Assembly: GCA_964016885.1 (NCBI GenBank) | Contig: OZ024741.1 | Span: forward strand, 317,626,001 to 317,690,000 | Direction: 5' to 3' | Length of the DNA: 64,000 bases | DNA from: Eledone cirrhosa | Lineage: Eukaryota | Shown: piece after piece, positions 51,775 to 64,000 of the stretch | Numbering within the stretch: position 1 is the stretch's first letter | How the letters are laid out: each line of letters begins with the position of its first letter | Position numbers and translations under genes: made by a program | The notes under the pieces: generated by a model | The model's input: only the letters and a program-made list of their open reading frames with translations | Database searches by the model: none | Told to the model about the DNA's origin: nothing

Positions 51775-52710
51775 TAAGCTAGAAGAGAAGCTAGGCACCA
51801 GGTTTACATAGCTAAGAGAGAAGCTAGGCTCCAGATTTACATAGCTAGGAAAGAAGATAAGTACCAGGTTTACATAGCTAGGCACCAGCTTCACATAGCT
51901 AGAATAGAGGCCAAGTTTATATAGCTAGAATAGAAGTCAGGTTTACATAGTTAGAGAAGCTAAGTTTATATAGCTAGAATAGAAACAAGGTTTACATAGA
52001 ATAGAAGCCAGGTTTACATAGCTAGAGTAGAAACAAGATTTATATAACTAGAATAGAGCATTCGGTAATCAGAAGAAAGGGGATGGGTGTAAAAGCCAAA
52101 CTTGCTAGCTTCAATTCGGTATTCATGCCAACCCTTGAATGTTGGGGAATGACTGAAAGAATATGATCACGAATACAAGCGGCCAAAATGAGGTCCATCT
52201 GAAGGGTCTTTGGAGTAACGTTACTCAATAGAGTGCATAGCACGGAGATCAGAGTCACTCCAGGTAGAGCCGCTACTTCTGCGAATTGAGAGATCACAGC
52301 TCCAATACTATGGTCATGTGGTTAGAATGTCTCAGGAAAGAATCACTGGACAGATTTTACGGGCAGTAGACCCAGGGGTAGACTCCAAGTAAGATGGTTG
52401 AATAACATCTATGAGCTTGGCTGGTCAAACTTGGGGATCCAGCCGTATCAGTTGGAGATGGCTGCTTCTGACAGGACCCTCTGAAAGGAATGTTTGAGGA
52501 CTCTTCCCCCATGACCCTCCCAGGATTAGGTGGGTAAAGAAGAAGAAGAATAGAAGCTAGGTTTATATAGCTAGAATAGAAGTCAGGTTTACATAGAATA
52601 AAAGAGAAACTAGGTGCCAGGTTTACATAGCTAGAAGAGAAGCTAGATGCCAGGTTTACATAGCTAGAGGAAAAAACAGGTGCCGGGTTACATAGTTTGG
52701 AGAAAAGCTG
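51775..52710. repeat. ~20-35 bp tandem repeat split by an RTE fragment (52055-52548)
   Basis: AGGTTTACATAGCTAG units on both sides of the insertion. Confidence 0.8.
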
Positions 52711-53320
52711 AAAATAGAATTTTTGCCAATGTTCTGTCTGAGTTGAGAAGATGAGAGGTGTGAGATTTTCTGAATTTCAACATAGAATATCAGGGGCCAT
52801 CAAGATGTTGTTGGAGAAGTTTTCTGAATGAGAATGGCACACTTACTCTCACAAACATAAAGAAGAAACAGTTTATTCTATGAGGTTATTGAATGTGGAA
52901 TGGATCTTACCCCACATAGACACAGCAGAGGGAACAGCTAATGAGGTAGAAAGTTATATGGTTAAAATGGTCATTAAGGATGAGGCATGGAAAGTGGCTG
53001 GCTCAACAGGGATTGTTGCTGAAATGTTTAGAATATCCAGTGAAGTAGGGTTCAAGCTGGTCACTTATATAGTATTGGGTAGTTCAGGAAGAGATCATAA
53101 CAATAACTAGCATAGCAGTATCATTGTCAACTGCTACAAAGGTGAAGAAGATGGTCTAGAAACAAGCAACTATAAGGGATATGAAATTGATGGAACAAGT
53201 ACTGAAAGTAACAGTATCTTAACATAACTGATTATGAAGAGAATTAGCATAGACGAGATGCAGTTCAGATTTGTGCCATCTGAGGTTTCCACAAATGCCT
53301 TGCTCTAGGTGAGACAAGAA
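52710..53320 (+). mobile_element. Highly degenerate RTE RT fragment
   Basis: GIVAEM, IIVNCYKG, NYKG and DEMQF motifs with stops. Confidence 0.65.
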
Positions 53321-53802
53321 TAAGTCACACTAAGAGCATTTAATGATCTGGAGGCCTTTGAAAGAGCAACAAATATTATATCAAAGCAGAATCAGGAAGA
53401 TAAACCACCAAAACTTGAAACACTCATCAAACTGATTTGTCCCAATGCTGCCGCAGCTGTTGAGCTCACTGATGATATTGATGTAGATATGAAGGTGCAA
53501 AACTAACTTATACTTCTAGCAGATGAAATTCATCTGTCATCTACCACAGTTAAATGAAATTAACAATTTACAGTATAAAAGTTAAAATTCTTGTTGAATA
53601 AATATTATAGTTTATGGGTTCATGTTTTATGCAGTGATATGATGTTAGAATTATTTTCTGTAATTTTGTTACAGTTTATCATGTTCAGTTTTGCGTGTGT
53701 ATATTTCCAATATTGGATATATATACATACATATATATACACAGATACATACAAACACAGATATATATATATATATATATATACACAGATACATACAAAC
53801 AC

Positions 53803-53839
<37 letters not shown>

Positions 53840-53904
53840 TGCAGTAGATGTACAGGGAAATTTGACAGTAGAAGTCGCATTGATAGACACATTTTTTTCA
53901 AATG

Positions 53905-54553
53905 CAGGTGGGTTTTATAGAAGTGGTTGATAGCTACCGGTACCTAGGCGATCAGATTAGCATAGGAGGGGGAGGGTGTTCCGACGCCATAGTATCTAGA
54001 ATAAGGACGGGTTGTAAGAAGTTTAGGGAGCTACTTCCTCTGATGACAAAAGAAGGGTTTCTCCCTGCGCACGAAAGGCCGGTTATATGATGCCTGTGTG
54101 AGGAGCACGATGCTGCATGGTAGTGAGACATGGGCAGCAACTGTAGAGGATATGCGACGGCTGGAGAGAAATGAGGCAAGCATGCTCCGTTGGATATGCA
54201 ATGTCAACGTGCGTGAATGACCGAGCATGGATGTGTTGAGACAGAAACTGTGTTTAAGAGGGATAAGTTGTAGTGTGCGGGAAAGAAGACTGCGATGGTA
54301 TGGACATATGATGCGCATGGAGGATAACCGCTGGGTAAAGAAGTGCCAAGAAATGCCAGTTGAAGGAAGATGCTGTAGAGGAAGACCACGAAAAACATGG
54401 GCAGAGGTGGTGAGAGCAAACCTCAGATCGCTGTAGCTCATGGTGGAGATGACGAAGGACCGTGACAAGTGGAGAGATGCTGTGCTGAATAGGACCCATC
54501 CCACCCTTGAAAGCAGGGAAAAGTGGACTTAAAATGATGATGATGATGATGAC
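53905..54553 (+). mobile_element. RTE LINE 3' fragment
   Basis: [23 protein letters not shown] and GRPRKTW motifs; (GAT)n tail. Confidence 0.85.
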
Positions 54554-54974
54554 AAAAACGTGTATATATATATATATACACATACAGCTTGGTGATGTGG
54601 TCGGGTTCATACATCTCTCTCTCTCTATTTATCATCATCATCATCATTTCATTTTACGTCCGCTTTTCCCTGCTTGCAAGGGTGGGACGGAAACTGATGC
54701 TGGCACATATATATATGTGTGTGTGTGTGTGCGTATATATATATATATATATATAGCATCAAAATGGATGTTAAACAATGATGATGATATGTGTGTGTGT
54801 TTTTAAATACACAAACACCATGGGGAAATTGACTCTATATTAACAGTTTCATTTAACTCCACATTTCTCAAATGTCTTGAAACCACAGGCAGTGCAAAGT
54901 TAAAGCAATATATACATGCATATATATATACTCAATATATTAATAAATGGAAACTATATTTATAAAACCATAAT

Positions 54975-55039
54975 TATTTTATTATATAAATTTCAAGGGC
55001 AACCAAGGCAATCTTGGTGCGCTTTCATCAGATAAAATA
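54975..55039 (-). ncRNA. Type I hammerhead ribozyme (left arm)
   Basis: Minus strand TATTTTAT-CTGATGA-stem II-GAAA-TTTATATA^ATAAAATA; 8-bp perfect stem I. Confidence 0.7.
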
Positions 55040-56089
55040 CAAAATTTGTTTTATAAATAGTGACATAACCGTAGAAAACAACCTTGACAGTTGAAAATTC
55101 GCTGGATAGTGAAATATTTTATTGAGGGTAATTCAAAGTTCTGTGTGAATATGCAAATGAATGTCCGAAAAATTGAAAAAAACAACCGTTTATTTAAATT
55201 ACGCTGTGGGAAGAAGAGAGAGAAAAGAAAAGAAAATATTAGTATATGTAGAAGTAGAGTGAAGAAAGAGTGAAGAAAGAAGCTTATCCGAGGATGAGTT
55301 CATATAACGTAAATAAGTCTTATGTTTATGTTACATATTTATGTTACGTATATTTACTAATAATTGTTAGAATTCTATTATAATAAATATTTATTTACTA
55401 TTATAAGTATATAGAAAATTAGATATATAGAAAAAATAAAGATATATTAAAAATAAAGATATATTAAAATATATTAAGATATATTAAAATATATTAAAAA
55501 ATATATTAAAATAAATATGAAGTAGAAGCATAGGATAAAATATAGATATAAGGATAGATATATGAGTGGATAGATGAGTATATCATGTTATAGATGATAA
55601 ATTATGAGGGATACTAGTTTATATTTAGTGTAAGTATTTAAATTAAAAAATTAACTGAGTTAATAAGATTACTTATATGTTTCAATGGTTTACATTGGAA
55701 AAATATTGAAAATCCCAGTTTTGTTTATTTATTAGTTATTATGAGATAATTTTGACAAAGATATGTTTAAAGATATATTTAGCCAGAGTTAGTTATTGGT
55801 TATAACTCTAATATTAAATAATTACAAAAAATAAAAAAATTAAAAATTATTAAAAGTATAAGAAAATACTAACAATAACAATTGTTAATATAAAATATTA
55901 ACAATTCTAGACAAAATTCTTGAAAATTCCTAGAAAAACTTTCCAAGAGATTTTTAAAAGATCTCAAAAAGACCCCGGAGATACTCAAAAGCCTTTAAAA
56001 ACATTTAAAAAGTGTTTAAAATTAATTAAAAACCTAAAATTATTCAGGAAATATAATTAAAGAAACCTAACATAAACTCTAAAACTAAC

Positions 56090-56795
56090 AGAAGAAATAG
56101 AACTAGAAACATAATCTGGTATGCTCCTCCATTTTCACTAAGTATTAAAACACCTTTAGCTAAACTATTTTTTAAAGCTCTTGATATTTTCCCAAGGCCC
56201 ATGGATATTACTCAATCTTTAACAGACATACAATTAAACTATCTTACTCTACTACTATGAACCTAGCACAAAATATAAATAGAATCAATAATAGAAATCT
56301 AAACCTTAACCAGAATAGTACTAATACCTCTAGCCATATCCAATATAATAATACTGTTCCGAATAATATAAACTCTGATAAATGTAATTGTAGAATTAAA
56401 TCTAACTGTCCTTTAAAAAATAACTGTTTAGTTAAAAATGTGGTCTATAAATGCAATGTCAGAACCAATGATAATATTTTTAACTATGTTGGCTCAACTT
56501 CTACAGACTTTAAATCTCGTTTCAATAACCATAAATGCTTGTTTAATAATATTGGTAAAAAATCTTCAACTTCTCTATCCAACTTGATATGGAACTTAAA
56601 ATCCAAAAACAGAGACTATTCTTTATCTTGGAATATAATTTCTTAAGCACCTGCTTACAAGAACACAGCTTTATCCAAATTTTGCAAATTGTGTGTTGAA
56701 GAAATTTTCTTCATACTTAAATGTAAGAACTCCATTAATTTACGTAACAATTTATTTAGTTCTTGTAAACATCGCCAAAACTCAACTTTTAGATC
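56090..56795 (+). pseudogene. Penelope-like GIY-YIG endonuclease domain (Naiad-like), disrupted
   Basis: NIIWYAPPF, IFNRHTIKLSYS, CNCR...CPL, VVY...YVGST..FKSRFNNH, CKLCVEE and CKHR; frameshift near 56195 and TAA at 56644. Confidence 0.8.
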
Positions 56796-56804
56796 TATAT
56801 ATGA

Positions 56805-56930
56805 AAACGTGGTTGGTGTTAGGAAGGGCATCCAGCCGTAGAAAACCCGCCAGACAGTCCTATACGAGCAAGACAACCAATCTTGCCTCAAGTGGGAAAA
56901 ATTCCCGTCCAAACCCATGCAAGCGTGGAA

Positions 56931-56966
<36 letters not shown>
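56805..56966 (+). mobile_element. RTE 3' tail insertion inside the Penelope-like element
   Basis: GGTGTTAGGAAGGGCATCCAGC motif and (GAT)n. Confidence 0.8.
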
Positions 56967-58440
56967 ATAAAATATAATTACACGTTTAATCTTCTCTACA
57001 TAATGTTTACTTTATCCAAACACCTATAATCTCATTTCTTAAATTATATGCATATATGTTCATAAATTCTAAATCTTTAAATTTAAATTTAATGTAATTC
57101 TAATTTTAATATCTTTTACTTCTTAAATATATATAATTACTTCTTAAATCTTTACTTTTTAATATTTTTACTTCTTAGATATCTTCATTTTTTATCTTTA
57201 TTTATCTTACTTCCAAAATATCTCATAATCTTTTTAGAAAAATTACTTAAAATTTTTTTTTTTTTAAATTACTTATTTCCCAAAAAATATTTTTTGGGGT
57301 CACCTTAATATTTTTAATATATTTTTTAGTATTTGTCTAATATTTTTTAATATTTTTAAGTATTTTTAAATATTTCTTAATATTTCTTTATATTTCTTGA
57401 ATAATTTTAGGTTTTTAATTATATTTCCTGAATAATTTTAGGTTTTTAATTAATTTTAAACACTTTTTTAAATGTTTTTAAAGGTTTTTTTAGTATCTCC
57501 GGAGTCTTTTTGAGATCTTTTAAAAATCTCTTGGAAAGTTTTTCGAGGAATTTTCAAGAATTTTGTCTAGAATTGTTAATATTTTATAGTCTTAATTTTT
57601 AAATGGTTTTAGTATTTTTTTATACATTTAATAATTTTTAATTTTTTTATTTTTTGTAATTATTTAATATTAGAGTTATAACCAATAACTAACTCTGGCT
57701 AAATATATCTTTAAACATATCTTTGTCAAAATTATCTCATAATAACTAATAAATAAACAAAACTGGGATTTTCAATATTTTTCCAATGTAAACCATTGAA
57801 ACATATAAGTAATCTTATTAACTCAGTTAATTTTTTAATTTAAATACTTACACTAAATATAAACTAGTATCCCTCATAATTTATCATCTATAACATGATA
57901 TACTCATCTATCCACTCATATATCTATCCTTATATCTATATTTTATCCTATGCTTCTACTTCATATTTATTTTAATATATTTTTTAATATATTTTAATAT
58001 ATCTTAATATATTTTAATATATTTTTATTTTTTCTATATATCTAATTTTCTATATATATATAATAGTAAATAAATATTTATTATAATAGAATTCTAACAA
58101 TTATTAGTAAATATATGTAACATAAATATGTAACATAAACGTAAGACTTATTTACGTTATATGAACTCATCCTCGGATAAGCTTCTTTCTTCGCTCTTTC
58201 TTCACTCTACTTCTACATATACTAATATTTTCTTTTCTTTTCTCTGTCTTCTTTTTTCTCTCTCTTCTTCCCACAGCGTAATTTAAATAAACGGTTGTTT
58301 TTTTCAATTTTTCGGACATTCATTTGCATATTCACACAGACCTTTGAATTACCCTCAATAAAATATTTCACTATCCAGCGAATTTTCAACCGTAAAGGTT
58401 GTTTTCTACGGTTATGTCACTATTTATAAAACAAATTTTG

Positions 58441-58505
58441 TATTTTATCTGATGAAAGCGCACCAAGATTGCCTTGGTTGCCCTTGAAATTTATATAATA
58501 GAATA
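58441..58505 (+). ncRNA. Type I hammerhead ribozyme (right arm, sense to the endonuclease)
   Basis: CTGATGA at 58449-58455, GAAA at 58486-58489, predicted AUA cleavage after 58497; stem I of 8 bp with one G-U pair. Confidence 0.7.
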
Positions 58506-58671
58506 ATTTTGGTTTTATAAATATAGTTTCCATTTATTAATATATTGAATATTTACTCCAGTTATCGGTTGAGTGCTCTATATAAGTTGTAAACTTTTAA
58601 GTTTGTTGGAATCCCAACAAATTAAATATAACTTCTACATATATATATATGTGCGTGTGTGTATGTATATA

Positions 58672-58750
<79 letters not shown>

Positions 58751-58751
58751 G

Positions 58752-58829
<78 letters not shown>

Positions 58830-58841
58830 TATATACATACA

Positions 58842-60613
58842 CAGGTCATGAAGGTCACAGAAAAAGTAATAGCGCAACTAATCAGAGAGAGAATTGACCT
58901 AGATGAAATGCAGTTCGGGTTTGTGTCAGGCAAAAGTACCACAGACGCTCTTTTCATAGTACGACAACTACAGGAGAAGTACCTAGCTAAAGGTAAACCC
59001 CTCTACTTAGCTTTTGTCGACTTGGAGAAAGCCTTCGACAGAGTCCCCCGCTCCATTATCTGGTGGGCTCTTAGAAAACTAGGCGTTGACGAATGGCTTG
59101 TGAGGGCTATACAAGCCATGTATAAAGAAACAGTCAGCAAGGTTAGAATTAACAACGAATATAGTGAAGAGTTTAGCGTAAAAGTTGGCGTCCATCAGGG
59201 CTCTGTTCTCAGCCCCCTACTATTTATTATTGCCCTTCAGGCTATAACAGAGGAGTTCAAGACAGGCTGCCCATGGGAACTCCTATACGCAGACGACCTG
59301 ACACTCATAGCGGAATCAATGGCCGAGCTAGAGAAGAAATTCCAAACATGGAAGCACGGCCTAGAGTCAAAAGGACTTAAAATTAACCTGGCTAAGACCA
59401 AAGTTCTAGTTTGTAGGAAAGAAAACAAGGCGGCGGTCCCTTCTGGGAAATGGTCGTGCTCGGTGTGTAGGAAAGGCGTAGGTAGAAACTCCATTTTGTG
59501 TCCTAAATGCAAAGTATGGGTGCATAAAAGATGTAGTGGGATCACAGGTAAGCTAACTAAGAACATAGATTTTACATGTGGCCGGTGTTCTGGTGCAATA
59601 AGTAGCAGCAAGTGCCCACACAATACTAGCTCTTTCAATTGCGCAGAGGGTTCTATAGAAATAGTGGACAGCTTCCGTTACCTGGGCGATAAAATCAGCA
59701 GTGGGGGAGGGTGCTCTGAAAGTACTGTAGCTAGAGTCAGAACTGGTTGGAAAAAGTTCAGAGAGCTTATACCACTATTAGCTGCTAAAGGGTTCTCCCT
59801 AAAAATGAAAGGCAGGTTGTACGATGCCTGCATACGAACAGCAATGTTGCATGGCAGTGAGACCTGGGCATTGTGTGCAGAGGATATACGCAGACTAGAG
59901 AGGAACGAAGCTTGCATGCTCCGCTGGATGTGTAACAGTAATATACGTGAACGGCAAAGCATAAACGAACTAAGGAAAAAATTAGAGATAAGAGGGATCA
60001 GATGTTGTTTACTCGAGAGAAGGCTACGTTGGTATGGACACGTGATGCGCATGAAAGTCGATAGCTGTATAACAAAGTGCAGGGCAATAAAGATAGACGG
60101 TAGCCACGGAATAGGCAGACCTAGAAAAACCTGGGACGAGCTGATAAACTCCGACCTCACACACTTACACCTCTCCAAGACAATGTCACTGGACCGAGAC
60201 CTTTGGCGGTACTCAGTAACAGAGAAGACCCGCCTTGCCAGTAGGCATCTCAAACAAAATACACCCCGTCCCACCACCACCACCCCCACCCCATCCACAC
60301 CACCCCGTCCTATGTAAAGTTATGTTGGTGCCGCGCCATCCGGGCCGAAACAAATGAGATCGTGTAGGTGTCACGACAAAAAAACACACAGTCCACGCTG
60401 TAATGTGGCCGTGTAGGCAACACGGTAAAAACCTCCCAGACCCACACTGTAAATGTGGTTGGTGTTAGGAAGGGCATCCAACTGTAGAAAACCTGCCAGA
60501 CAGTCCTATGCGAGCAAGACAATCACTCTTGCCTCAAGTGGGACTACCCCCGTCCAAACCCATGCAAGCGTGGAACACGGACGTTAAACGTTGATGATGA
60601 TGATGATGATGAT
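58842..60613 (+). mobile_element. Young 5'-truncated RTE LINE with uninterrupted RT-PHD-thumb ORF
   Basis: Open frame to 60317, near-identical to 40684-42070, (GAT)n tail, (TA)n on both sides. Confidence 0.93.
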
Positions 60614-60614
60614 G

Positions 60615-60710
<96 letters not shown>

Positions 60711-60733
60711 ATATATATATGTGTATATATATA

Positions 60734-62046
60734 TCATCATCATCATCACCGTTTTACGTCCGTTCTTCCACGCTAGCATGGGTTAGACGGGTTGTCCTGT
60801 TGTGTGCAGTGTCTGGTCGGCTGACCATGCCTTGCTCATACAGGAACTGATCTGGCTTGATTTCTACAGCTGGATGCCCTTCCTAACACCAACCTCATTT
60901 ACAGTGAGTGCTGGGTGCTTTTTCGTGGCGCCTACACGTCCACTTTACAGTGTGGGCTGGGTGCTTTTTTGCCGTGGCACCTCCACGGCCACCTTGCGGT
61001 GGGGGGTGTGGGGGCATATTGTTTATATGCTTCAGCATGTACCCATGGGAGGTCGGGTACTCTGTATTACTGCGTGACGCCAGATGTCACGGTCGTGTGT
61101 CATTGTCTATGAGAGGTGTAATTGGGTAAGGTCGGCTTTTATCACCTCATCCCAGGTCATCTTGGGTCTCCCCACTCCGCGGTTTCCATCAACTTCTAGT
61201 GCTCTGCACCTTTTTATGCAGCTGTCATCCTTCATACGCATCACATGTCCATACCAGCGCAACCGCCTCTCCTGCACACAGCATTTGATTCCTCTTATGC
61301 TCAGTCTCTCTCTCAATTCATTTATGCTTTGTCGTTCACGTATATTACTGTTACACATCCATCGAGCATGCAGGCTTCGTTTCTCTCTAATCTACGTAAG
61401 TCTTCCACCTTCAGCGCCCAGGTCTCACTACCATGCAACATCGCTGTTCGGATACACGCATCATACAGTCTGCCTTTCATTCTGAGGGAGAAGCCTTTTG
61501 CAGCTAGCAGTGGTAGTAGATCCCTAAACTTCTTCCATCCCGTTCTTACCCTAGTTATTGTACTTTCTGAACACCCACCTCCGTTGCTAATTCGGTCACC
61601 TAGGTAGCAGAAGCTGTCTACTGTTTCTACAGGGCCCTCCCAGAGATTGGTGGTACTTGTTTCCTGTGGCTGTTTGCTGCTTGCTGTTTCAGCACAGCTG
61701 CTGCATGTGAATCCTACATTCTTAATTAAGCTTCCTGAGATCCCGCTACATCTCTTGTGTACCCATTGTTTGCATTTGGGGCAGAGAATGGAGTTCCTAC
61801 CTACACCTTTCCTACATACTGAGCAAGGCCATTTCCCTGAGGGGATCTGGGTTCTGTTTTCTCGTCTACTTACAAGGACCTTAGTCTTTGTCATGTTGAC
61901 TTTGAGACCCTTTCTCTCTAGTCCCTGATTCCAGGTTTGGAATTTATTCTCTAGTTCTATCATAGATTCAGCTATGAGTGCGAGGTCATCAGCATACAGG
62001 AGTTCCCATGGGCATCCGGTCTTAAATTCCTCCGTTATTGCCTGCA
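60734..62046 (-). mobile_element. 5'-truncated RTE LINE, related subfamily
   Basis: ORF 61322..62047 with YADD and PHD finger; (GAT)n tail at 60734; tail-to-tail with the previous copy. Confidence 0.9.

Positions 62047-64000
<1,954 letters not shown>

Larger units (their letters stand above)
54932..58640 (+). mobile_element. 5'-truncated Penelope-like element with an inverted pseudo-LTR
   Basis: 54932-56070 is the reverse complement of 57407-58548; a GIY-YIG fragment lies between the arms and each arm has a hammerhead. Confidence 0.8.

Noticed and set aside
56644-56646. In-frame stop in the GIY-YIG domain as possible selenocysteine recoding
   Set aside because: The codon is TAA, not TGA, and there is also a frameshift, so simple decay is more likely.

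Overview
AT-rich, microsatellite-rich eukaryotic DNA, most consistent with a coleoid cephalopod such as octopus (inferred from the SINE/LINE repertoire and C2H2 genes, not proven). Two single-coding-exon C2H2 zinc-finger genes converge on each other (35479-36972 +, 8 fingers; 49770-50789 -, 9 fingers). A third gene, absent from the ORF track, can be assembled by eye from seven small phase-1 exons (9718-21320 +). It would encode a 95-aa secreted precursor with a signal peptide, an RVKR furin site and a cationic segment. Most remaining sequence is transposon-derived: RTE-clade LINEs with a PHD finger inside the RT, a young CR1-like RT, L1/Tx1, R4-like and CRE-like relics, tRNA SINEs, Helitrons and several MITE families. 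A Penelope-like GIY-YIG fragment at 54932-58640 sits inside a ~1.1-kb inverted repeat with a type I hammerhead ribozyme in each arm. Further solo hammerhead-like motifs occur, some in introns of the microexon gene. All calls were made by eye and repeat boundaries are approximate.
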